64,000 nucleotides of DNA, from positions 2,319-66,318 of the forward strand of contig CAZVYE010000001.1 in the NCBI GenBank assembly GCA_964630895.1. Direction: 5' to 3'. Positions 18,151 through 25,888 of the stretch are shown here, piece after piece. Both the position numbers and the translations under genes were made by a program. Origin of the DNA: an uncultured Gammaproteobacteria bacterium. Lineage in GTDB: Bacteria > Pseudomonadota > Gammaproteobacteria > Xanthomonadales > SZUA-38. Positions within the stretch are counted from its first letter, which is position 1. Each line of letters opens with the position of its first letter. The notes beneath the pieces are model-generated. The model saw only the letters and a list, made by a program, of their open reading frames with translations. It searched no databases and was not told the DNA's origin.

Positions 18151-20310
18151 TTAAACAGAATCCTGACATCGCAACTCAATTGGCTGCGTCGGCTGGTCGG
18201 TTCGCACCCAGAATTCCTTGCGCACATCACGATACCCATCGCGAGAAGCTACTACGGTGTAGCGCCCTGGCCGCAGGCTGAGCTGATGTGTGTCAAACTG
18301 CCCCAGACGGCCCACTTTATAGACCACCACATTGCAGCTGCTGTCGGAAATCAACTGCACTGTCTGAGGCTGTCGCGCCAGTTCCAACTCGCGATCAAGC
18401 TTCGCGATTTGTTCCCGAAGTTTAGGCCCTGGATTTGCCACTGACCGCGCCTGCTGCAGAAGCTTACTGGCTTCCCTGCGACCGGTGTCATGCCACCACT
18501 GCTCAGGCTCTCCTACGAACGCGGACAATTTTTTATCTAATTGGGCGCGCCGCTTTGCAATCTTCAACCCGTCCTGGGCAAATTTGAGATTGGGATCTTC
18601 CTGCAAGGCAGCCTGGTACTTACGAATGGCATCGTCCCAGCGTTCCGCAGACACGAGATTGGCTACGGACTGTCCGTGACTACGCACATTGGCTCGCTTG
18701 GCCCGTAGCTGCAACTCAAGAAGGGCCTCTTTCGGGGCGGTTGATTCGGGCCGTAATCGAGCGGCAAGCTGCAGCTGATGTCTGGCCGAAGGCCAATCGT
18801 TTGCGTGCAGTGCTGCCAGCCCTCGGGTCATTGCAGCAGTAAACTTCTGTTCTTCAATTTGCGCCGCCAACTGGTCACGCTGGGATACAAGCCCGGACAT
18901 CTGCGCATCAATTTCTGCGGCCCGGGTAAATGCTTGAAGCGCAGATTCCAGATCCCCCCCCGCAAGCGCCGCATTGGCCTCACTGATAAGTTTTAGAACC
19001 GCCGGCAGGCTTTCCGCTCGCGCCTTACCGCGCGTTGCCATTGGTGACTCTGGATTGATCGCCAACGCCAGGTCGAATGCTTTGTGCGCGGCATCCACGT
19101 TTTTACCGTCAAGTGCAGCAAACCCATTGCTGAGCACTTCCGACAACACGACGTCGGACAGCGCGTCGATCTCTTGAAGTTGCCGTAGCGCCTGGGTGTA
19201 AAACTCGGTGGCTTTTGAAAATTGTTGTGCCCTGAATGGTTCGTCACCCTGGGTCGCTAAAGCTCTGGCGGACTGAAATTGCTCGGGAGCCCACGAATCC
19301 ACCTGTCTGTCTTCCAGGTCAAGCTGCAATTGAATCAGCTCATCCAATACGGTTTCCGCGGCTTTCCGCTGGGCCAGCAAAAGCTCCAGATCGTAGGGTG
19401 TGCGCTCGTCAACCGCAGCTTTAGCCTCGTCGGCCACCACCGGTTCGGTGACAACTACCGCCGGAACCGGACTTGGTGGTTCTATCAGTGGCTGGACTTG
19501 CTGTGGCAGCCACCAAAGCAGTCCCATGCCCAACACCACCGCAAGCAGCAACAGACCGGGCAGCATAAACCAGCTACGACTGCGGTGCTCTCCAGCAGAT
19601 TGTGTTGGCCAAGCGCCGCCATCCTCTAGGTCGGAGGATGCCGCTATCGCAACTGCGTCATCTTCACCACGCTGAAGACGCAAGCGCAAATCTGCAATTT
19701 CCTGCTTACAACGACGAGCGTCCCATGCCTCGTCCTGCACCTTTTCAGCGGCGAGCTGCTGCCACCTGGTCACCATTTCTGGCGTTTCGATGTTACGGAA
19801 GCGATAACTGAGCCAGTCTAGCAAGCCCAACAAATCCGCTTTGGCAGAAATATTCCGGTGCAGACGCGGGTACAGTAAGCGCCAATCGCCACCCCGGCGT
19901 GAGATTAAGCTTTGGTGATCCACGCTACCGTGGGTTAGCCCTTCGGCGTGCATACTGATAAGCGCTTCTGCCACCCGAACGCCGCCAGACAAGATGCTGT
20001 CTACCGACTTCTCTACGCCTTCGTGTGGCTTATCAATCTCCCAGCTCAGCCAAACAAAGTCCGACTCCATCCCGACTTCTGCGGGAGACTTGAGCACCGG
20101 ATGCAATAGACTGGCGTAACTGTCAGCTTGCGATTTGAGTGCTGGCGCATCCGAGCCTTCGCAAGGGAATATCTGCAGCATAAACACTGCGCCATCCGAA
20201 GCGTGTGCCTGCCACAAGTACATACCCGCCTCAGCAAGCTGCTGTTTCCCCAAAACAAAACGCGATGCAAGGGTTTTGCCTTCAACAAGATTTTCCAGCA
20301 GCTTCGACAT
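18151..20310 (-). CDS. Kinase-like (predicted pseudokinase) N-domain + TM + TPR-like helical repeats + C-terminal PEGA-like domain
   Basis: The first 170 aa or so are laid out like a protein kinase but lack the catalytic motifs: AVFMLQIF at the VAIK position, and HAEGLTHGSVDHQSLI where HRDxKxxN is expected. The TM is WFMLPGLLLLAVVLGMGLLWWL. A long A/L/Q-rich repeat region follows. The C-terminus is LSLRPGRYTVVASRDGYRDVRKEFWV. Confidence 0.65.
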   Translation of the reverse strand: MSKLLENLVEGKTLASRFVLGKQQLAEAGMYLWQAHASDGAVFMLQIFPCEGSDAPALKSQADSYASLLHPVLKSPAEVGMESDFVWLSWEIDKPHEGVEKSVDSILSGGVRVAEALISMHAEGLTHGSVDHQSLISRRGGDWRLLYPRLHRNISAKADLLGLLDWLSYRFRNIETPEMVTRWQQLAAEKVQDEAWDARRCKQEIADLRLRLQRGEDDAVAIAASSDLEDGGAWPTQSAGEHRSRSWFMLPGLLLLAVVLGMGLLWWLPQQVQPLIEPPSPVPAVVVTEPVVADEAKAAVDERTPYDLELLLAQRKAAETVLDELIQLQLDLEDRQVDSWAPEQFQSARALATQGDEPFRAQQFSKATEFYTQALRQLQEIDALSDVVLSEVLSNGFAALDGKNVDAAHKAFDLALAINPESPMATRGKARAESLPAVLKLISEANAALAGGDLESALQAFTRAAEIDAQMSGLVSQRDQLAAQIEEQKFTAAMTRGLAALHANDWPSARHQLQLAARLRPESTAPKEALLELQLRAKRANVRSHGQSVANLVSAERWDDAIRKYQAALQEDPNLKFAQDGLKIAKRRAQLDKKLSAFVGEPEQWWHDTGRREASKLLQQARSVANPGPKLREQIAKLDRELELARQPQTVQLISDSSCNVVVYKVGRLGQFDTHQLSLRPGRYTVVASRDGYRDVRKEFWVRTDQPTQPIELRCQDSV

Positions 20311-20370
20311 CGGTTTAGTTCGGTTTCCTTTCGTCCGTAAAGAATAAGTCCAACGCTTTGCCCAGCGAGC

Positions 20371-21600
20371 CTAGCCGTCCTCGTCAGCCAGTGGCAATCC
20401 CACTTCGGCCGCATAAATTTGACGCAACAATTCACGCCATTGTCGATATTGGGCTTCCAGCGAACCATCCAGCTTAACTACTTCGCCCTCTACGTTGACC
20501 ACCAGCGGCTTCACCTCAGAATCAAAGGAAGCAGCTAGTTCGCGAAGCGTTTCACGGTGCAGCGCGGATTCTTTGTACGTGTCATAGCCCTGCTTAATTG
20601 CGCTTAGTCCACCTAACGCAGCTGAGGGTCCCACGACGTTACGCACAATAGGGTTGCTTGACTTAGCAGTGGCTGCCGCACCCCCAAGCACACCCAATAC
20701 GCCTGCCACGGTTCGCGCTCTGGCAGAACGTTTCAAGTCGGCAACCGCAAGCGTTTCCTGGTAACTGTATTGACGCCAGGACTGGTAAGAAGGGTCCATC
20801 TGTCGATAAAACGCACCGTACTGCTGGTCTAATGTGTCAATCACCAGATATTCGCTTTCCCGAATCCGATCGACACGCTGCAGCATCGGGTCGGTGTCGG
20901 CGGGGAGACGGTTAATGGCTACCTGTCCTTTGTCATTGATACTCAGATGATCGCCAAACGCATCAGGAGCAAGCTGAGCTGCGTACTTCAACTCGGAAAT
21001 AGTGCGGATTCTGGCGAGTTCTTGGGTTGTAAAGTCCTGTCTTGCTGCCAGCAGATCGTTCGCGATGCGGTTGTAAATGTCCTGGAAAGGATCGCCGGGG
21101 TAGTCAATGTCATCCCGATAAGCAAACTGTGTCGCAGTATCTTCGTAGGTTTCTTCAAGCCAAACCCGACCTGTCACGTCATAGGCCACCACGTCCAGCT
21201 CCATGGTAAAACCATCGGACTGAAGAATGGTTCCCGTCACTGTAATTTCGGCGGTAGGGTCTGGATCAGGCAATACGCGTACGGCTCCCCACTGATTGGT
21301 TTTCTCCAATGTATTCCGCAACACATAGGGCACATAACGGGCTTCGGCTTTGCGCACCTGTGGAAACACAGCTTCTTCTTCATCGGGTTCTGCTTCTTCA
21401 GTCACGCCCGGATTAAAAACCACTACGTTGACATCCAGCAGGACCTGCTCTTGCAACTGCTCCTCGGCCCGGATCGCCGAAACGGAATTGACCTTCTTGA
21501 CGCTATGAGACGTGCATGCCGCCAGCACCAATAAGAAAGCCACCATTGAGGCCACTCTAAAAGTGTTTGAACGGATGTTTCTATTGAAATAATCAACCAT
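20371..21600 (-). CDS. Lipoprotein of unknown function with a Gly-zipper-like C-proximal segment
   Basis: The lipobox is FLLVLAACTS. The mid region is IRAEEQLQEQVLLDVNVVVFNPG...ITVTGTILQSDGFTMELDVVAYDVTGRVW. The later segment VAGVLGVLGGAAATAKSS...GPSAALGGLSAIKQG looks like a glycine zipper. The start lies 2 nt after the upstream stop. Confidence 0.6.
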   Translation of the reverse strand: MVDYFNRNIRSNTFRVASMVAFLLVLAACTSHSVKKVNSVSAIRAEEQLQEQVLLDVNVVVFNPGVTEEAEPDEEEAVFPQVRKAEARYVPYVLRNTLEKTNQWGAVRVLPDPDPTAEITVTGTILQSDGFTMELDVVAYDVTGRVWLEETYEDTATQFAYRDDIDYPGDPFQDIYNRIANDLLAARQDFTTQELARIRTISELKYAAQLAPDAFGDHLSINDKGQVAINRLPADTDPMLQRVDRIRESEYLVIDTLDQQYGAFYRQMDPSYQSWRQYSYQETLAVADLKRSARARTVAGVLGVLGGAAATAKSSNPIVRNVVGPSAALGGLSAIKQGYDTYKESALHRETLRELAASFDSEVKPLVVNVEGEVVKLDGSLEAQYRQWRELLRQIYAAEVGLPLADEDG

Positions 21601-21602
21601 GA

Positions 21603-22640
21603 TTAGCCTACCGACTCTTTGTATTTACGGTACTCGTCCCACAATTTTTCTCTAAGAACAGGGTCCGACTCTCGCATTGCCGCTTCGCGTAATTGCCTTG
21701 CCACAACATCGTCATCGCTACCATCACCGACATCCTGAGGAACTCTTTGCTTGTCGCGAGTACTGTCACCGCCCTGCGAGATCCAACCAGGTGTACCACT
21801 GGCGTCATCACCTTGACCGGATGCGCCACCACCTGAACTTGACTGGCTATCACCATCTACCATGACGAGGCCGCCATCTTCTCCGGTTTGGTCGGACCCA
21901 CCTTCTAACTCGGATCCTTCGGCGCCGCTTGGAGACTCGGAGCCGCCTTCCATATCTTCAGGGATATCCGCTGAGGCCAGCACCGTGATTTGACGCGCCA
22001 TTTCTCCGTCATGGGTTTGCAGCGTTTCAAGCAAGCGTGCATCAAGTGATGCCACATCGCCTGACTCCGCTTCTTCTCCATCTTCGCCGCCGGCAGGTCC
22101 TCCACCAAGCTCAGCGAGCTCTTCAGATTCAGCGCCACCGCCTGCGGACCCGTCACCGCCGTCTTCACCACCACCCGCAGGTTCTTCAGCACCTTCTTCG
22201 CCTCCTCCACCCGCATCGGCAACTGCATCGCTCTCGGCCTGCGCGCCTGATTCGGGTTCGGGTTCTAGCACTTCTAACTCACTTTCGGCACCACTGGCAC
22301 CGGCCTCAGCACTGGCTGAATCGCTTTCAGAACCACTTGGAATTGGCACTGGGATAGGTTCACCTGTGCCGCTGCTTGGTCGTTGACTGCCCTGGCTGCT
22401 GGAAGAGCTACTCGATGAACTGCTGGAAGACTGTGAGCCACTCTGGGACTGCTGTCCTCGACTCCTTGACTGCGAACTGCTGGAACTACTCGAACTACTG
22501 GAGCTGGAAGAACTGGAGCTAGAGGTCGGAGAAGGTGGTGTTGGCATGCCCGAAGAACTACTCGGTGAACTCATGCATCCACTAAGAACCAGCATGAATG
22601 TGGCCACCATCACAATCAGCCATTGCCCTAAAGTACGCAT
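21603..22640 (-). CDS. Lipoprotein with an extreme poly-Ser tract, a long acidic Gly/Glu/Ser-rich disordered region and a short conserved-looking C-terminal helix
   Basis: The ATG at 22640 is preceded by GGAGG. The lipobox is MLVLSGCMSS. The poly-Ser run is SSSSSSSSSSSSSSSSSQSRSRGQQSQSGSQSSSSSSSSSSSSQ, followed by GGGEEGAEEPAGGGEDGGDGSAGGG.... The C-terminus is DDVVARQLREAAMRESDPVLREKLWDEYRKYKESVG. Confidence 0.6.
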   Translation of the reverse strand: MRTLGQWLIVMVATFMLVLSGCMSSPSSSSGMPTPPSPTSSSSSSSSSSSSSSSSSQSRSRGQQSQSGSQSSSSSSSSSSSSQGSQRPSSGTGEPIPVPIPSGSESDSASAEAGASGAESELEVLEPEPESGAQAESDAVADAGGGGEEGAEEPAGGGEDGGDGSAGGGAESEELAELGGGPAGGEDGEEAESGDVASLDARLLETLQTHDGEMARQITVLASADIPEDMEGGSESPSGAEGSELEGGSDQTGEDGGLVMVDGDSQSSSGGGASGQGDDASGTPGWISQGGDSTRDKQRVPQDVGDGSDDDVVARQLREAAMRESDPVLREKLWDEYRKYKESVG

Positions 22641-22916
22641 TTTTCTACCTCCAGCTCTTTTCAGGTCAGAAACTTGGGCTACCAGATTAGTCTTACTTAG
22701 ATAGACCCTCAAGAGTCAACATTGGTTGCACAAGCTTGAATTTGATTATGTACTATATTTTTCGTATATCAAGAATGCGCAGACAAATGCGCACTTTGGG
22801 CAGCGTGGTCGGAGCGACTATATTCATTCCTTAAAAACACCATTCGCTGCAACGAAAATGGTTTTTTGACGGTCTACGCGTATGATGATACGGCAAACAA
22901 TGTGAGGGGATTTTGC
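22641..22916. promoter_or_regulatory. Divergent intergenic region, presumed to hold promoters for the nine-gene operon (leftward) and the lipoprotein pair (rightward)
   Basis: This 276-bp non-coding gap separates divergent genes. It contains an AT-rich stretch, ttgaatttgattatgtactatatttttcgtatatcaag. I did not map specific -35/-10 boxes with any confidence. Confidence 0.4.
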
Positions 22917-23522
22917 ATGCTCCAATTTCGCCATTGTGGAATTGCACTTTTTCTACTGCTACTACTTGCAGGCTGCGGCGGCAAAGTAATTATCGACGAC
23001 CACTTTCCTCAGCCTGTGGTTGCGCCATTGCCCTACCGCGTTGGAATCTACTACCCACCAGAGTTCTCCAATTATCAATACCAGGACGAAGAGTCGCGCC
23101 TGACTTTTCAGCTAGGCCAGCGGCAAAAAATGCTGTTCGAGCAGGTCTTTGAGGCGATGTTTCTGCAGAAGGTGGTGTTAACCAGTGCCGTGGCGGACGC
23201 GGACGACCTTGATTTGATTCTAAGTCCAAAGCTTACGCAATATGCCTTCTTAACACCTACCGAGACCGCTACCGAGTTTTTTGCGGTCTCAATTAAGTAC
23301 CAAATACAGCTGTTTAATCCAGAGGGCGAGATGATCGCGTTTTGGCCCATGGTCGCTTACGGCAAGAGCCGCACCAAAATGATCAACAAGAATGAGTCTC
23401 TGGGTGAGGCCACCAGCGTTGCATTACGTGATGCGGCGGCAGCCATGGTGTCTCAGTTTCATACCGTATTAGCAAAAGAAGAATGGCGCAGCGCCAGCGC
23501 TGATCAACCGGAGGCATTATGA
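22917..23522 (+). CDS. Lipoprotein, unknown function
   Basis: The signal and lipobox are MLQFRHCGIALFLLLLLAGCGG. A 4-nt overlap with the next gene suggests translational coupling. The maximal ORF starts at 22866. Confidence 0.55.
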   Translation: MLQFRHCGIALFLLLLLAGCGGKVIIDDHFPQPVVAPLPYRVGIYYPPEFSNYQYQDEESRLTFQLGQRQKMLFEQVFEAMFLQKVVLTSAVADADDLDLILSPKLTQYAFLTPTETATEFFAVSIKYQIQLFNPEGEMIAFWPMVAYGKSRTKMINKNESLGEATSVALRDAAAAMVSQFHTVLAKEEWRSASADQPEAL

Positions 23523-24166
23523 GAACTATATTGGCATTATTGGCGGTGGCCATTCTATCCGGCTGTGTCACCTCCAGAGTGGAAGAATTTTTGGTGGAGC
23601 AACCTGTGCTAACCGGTGAAGACGCCATCGTTATTCTTACAAACAGGCAAGACGCCGTGGTTGAAACGGAGCGGACTTTCTCGGACTGCTTATATTCCGA
23701 ACTGCAAAAAACTAATGGCGATGTGGAAATAGTCTCGGAACGCGCATTCAAAGACGCTTTATTCCCCTGGTTTGAGCCTCGCCTCGCGCCGGCTCGCGCT
23801 GATGCCATTCCTGACCTTTTGAAGCGAGACGGGCTGTCACAACGAGTCGATGAGCTCAACGTGCGTTATCTGGTGTGGATTCACGGAGAATCTGAAGCGC
23901 GCAACAAACAAGGCATGATGTCGTGTACGTTAAGCCCAGCTGGCGGAGGCTGCGTGGGGGTCTTGAGCTGGGATAATGCATCCAATTATGAGGCATCTAT
24001 TTGGGATTTACGTAAAGGCGAATCCATGGGCGTGATTACCAGTGAAGCAACCGGAACGTCAGTGGTGCCGGCAATCGGCGTACCCATCCCCTTGATCGCC
24101 CGTACCAAGAATGCCTCGTGCAAGACTTTGGCTGATCAGCTCAGCTCCTCGCTATTTGGCGCTTAA
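23519..24166 (+). CDS. Lipoprotein, unknown function
   Basis: The signal and lipobox are MRTILALLAVAILSGCVTS. Its ATG overlaps the upstream stop (ATGA). Confidence 0.55.
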   Translation: MRTILALLAVAILSGCVTSRVEEFLVEQPVLTGEDAIVILTNRQDAVVETERTFSDCLYSELQKTNGDVEIVSERAFKDALFPWFEPRLAPARADAIPDLLKRDGLSQRVDELNVRYLVWIHGESEARNKQGMMSCTLSPAGGGCVGVLSWDNASNYEASIWDLRKGESMGVITSEATGTSVVPAIGVPIPLIARTKNASCKTLADQLSSSLFGA

Positions 24167-24258
24167 TGCCCTGACTGGCTGGACTTGCAAGTCTCTCCCA
24201 GGGGCAATGTGCTAATGCCTCTGACGATCACTGCCTTAAACGTTATCAGGGATTTGCG

Positions 24259-25743
24259 CTAGCGACTGTCCAATCCTCCCACCGCAATGCTGCCATAGTC
24301 TGGCGGCGGATCAGTGGGATAAACTCGACGTACGAGAAAGCTCTCTGTGGCAACAGCTTGCCCGTCGATAATTCTGGGTCGGAATCTGGCTTTTCTGAAG
24401 TTTTGCAGCGCGGCGGTTCTCAGGCTGGAGTTCAAATTACTGCCAACCACGCGAATGTCTTTTGGTCGACCGGTATCCAAAATATCAAACTCAAAGTCAA
24501 AATATACGTACCTACCGACGGTGGAGTAACCCATATATTCAACCGACAAATCCTGACCGGGGTCTATAAGCTGGGGTTCAGCAAAACGAACCTGCCAATC
24601 TACAGTAGCGTTGGCCGCTTCTTCACTATTGGCCAATTCCCAGGCCAACCGGTAATACCCCCAGGCATCCTGAATTTCGTTGAACAAAATGTACCAGTCA
24701 CCCATTTCCAAATGGGCCTGAATCTTCTCATCAACGGCTAGATCCGGATTAGCCTCCACGATCTCAATCAGCTCTTGCTGTGCCTGTAAGCCCTTGAGAC
24801 GGTCGAAGGGTTGCTCCATGAGGTAAGCGTTCGCGATGCCTCTGAGTCCATCAATCAGAAGGGGCGACTTGGGGCCCAACTCCTCCCGAATTACATCGTT
24901 TGACTTTCGATACAGAATCCTTCCCTGGCGATAGTTCTTTGTCGAAGTGTAATATTCCGCCAGTCGATGGATCGCAGGTACGGTCTCCACCGTGCCACGG
25001 CCAAATTCCATCTTGTGAATACGCATTGCCAGCAGCTGCAGGTCTTCCGCTTGCTCCCATTCTTCCTTGGCCGTGAAACTATCGGTCAACATCTCGATAA
25101 TGGGCAGCTGATCCAGACTGCTAACGCCATTTTGGCGATGGGTGATGTGCTGCGCACGCTGAAATGTCACAATGGCCTCGTCATGCAGATCGAGCTGCTG
25201 CAAGGATTGCCCCAAACCCACCAAGGGTTCGATCAAGCTAGGCGCAAATACACCTTCCACTGCTTCCAAAATCTCTACACTGTCTTCAAACTTTAAGCGC
25301 GCTTGAGCCGGTTCATTGTTGCTCAGAAACGCGCGGCCCCAGTCCTGCAGAATCTGCCCCGTTAATACCGCATCATTGTCTTCGGTTAATGCCGCTGCGC
25401 TGGCTGCCAATTCAATAGATTGCAGAGCCTCTTCATATTGGCCGTTCGCCATGTGCACGTCGTACATGCGCTTTGCTTCCAAGGCGTCAACGTGCTCGAC
25501 ACCAAGCGTTTCGCCAGCGAAAGGAGCCTGCAAATCCAAACCTTCAGGAGGTGGCTCAACCTCAACTTCTACATCTACTGCGGGCTCCGCATCGAATCCG
25601 GTTTGCGCACTGTCTTCCTGCGCATTTGCAAAGGAGAACGACACGCTAAATGCAATTGCGAGAGCCAGCGCAGAATGACGCGGCATTCGACTCGCTGCGT
25701 CAGTCTTTACTGGTAGAAACTGGGTGCCAGCGTTTTGTGCCAT
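24259..25743 (-). CDS. Secreted TPR-like repeat protein with a TonB C-terminal-like domain
   Basis: The signal peptide is ...ALALAIAFSVSFSFANAQ, followed by a helical repeat region. The C-terminus, VYFDFEFDILDTGRPKDIRVVGSNLNSSLRTAALQNFRKARFRPRIIDGQAVATESFLVRRVY, resembles TonB_C. The ATG at 25743 is preceded by GGAGGG. The track's maximal ORF starts with a TTG at 25761. Confidence 0.6.
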   Translation of the reverse strand: MAQNAGTQFLPVKTDAASRMPRHSALALAIAFSVSFSFANAQEDSAQTGFDAEPAVDVEVEVEPPPEGLDLQAPFAGETLGVEHVDALEAKRMYDVHMANGQYEEALQSIELAASAAALTEDNDAVLTGQILQDWGRAFLSNNEPAQARLKFEDSVEILEAVEGVFAPSLIEPLVGLGQSLQQLDLHDEAIVTFQRAQHITHRQNGVSSLDQLPIIEMLTDSFTAKEEWEQAEDLQLLAMRIHKMEFGRGTVETVPAIHRLAEYYTSTKNYRQGRILYRKSNDVIREELGPKSPLLIDGLRGIANAYLMEQPFDRLKGLQAQQELIEIVEANPDLAVDEKIQAHLEMGDWYILFNEIQDAWGYYRLAWELANSEEAANATVDWQVRFAEPQLIDPGQDLSVEYMGYSTVGRYVYFDFEFDILDTGRPKDIRVVGSNLNSSLRTAALQNFRKARFRPRIIDGQAVATESFLVRRVYPTDPPPDYGSIAVGGLDSR

Positions 25744-25888
25744 CAACACATATCCCTCCAATTCATGATTTTTTGTTAGGGCGTGAGCATAACAGTATAA
25801 ACAGCGCCTTCGTACGAATGTTGCCGTGCCCGCTTATGTCTTACTCCGTCAACTCCACACTAAAGAAAATTGCCATGAGACACCAATA

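Noticed and set aside
20947-21534. 195-aa plus-strand ORF
   Set aside because: It is antisense to the 409-aa lipoprotein gene within the tightly coupled operon, and its translation is low-information.
22380-22560. Repetitive gctgga/actgga-type DNA, considered as a microsatellite, tandem repeat or CRISPR-like array
   Set aside because: The repeats are imperfect and have no constant unit or spacer structure. They are simply the antisense of mixed AGC/AGT/TCN serine codons in the poly-Ser lipoprotein gene.
11299-22640. Interpreting the kinase-like/FHA/vWA/FGE-like gene set as a type VI secretion locus or its TagQRST-PpkA-Fha regulatory module
   Set aside because: No TssA-M, Hcp, VgrG, ClpV, PppA or TagS/T genes occur in the window. 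The domains are also distributed differently: the vWA domain is fused to an ExbD-like TM rather than to the kinase, and the kinase-like domain appears inactive.
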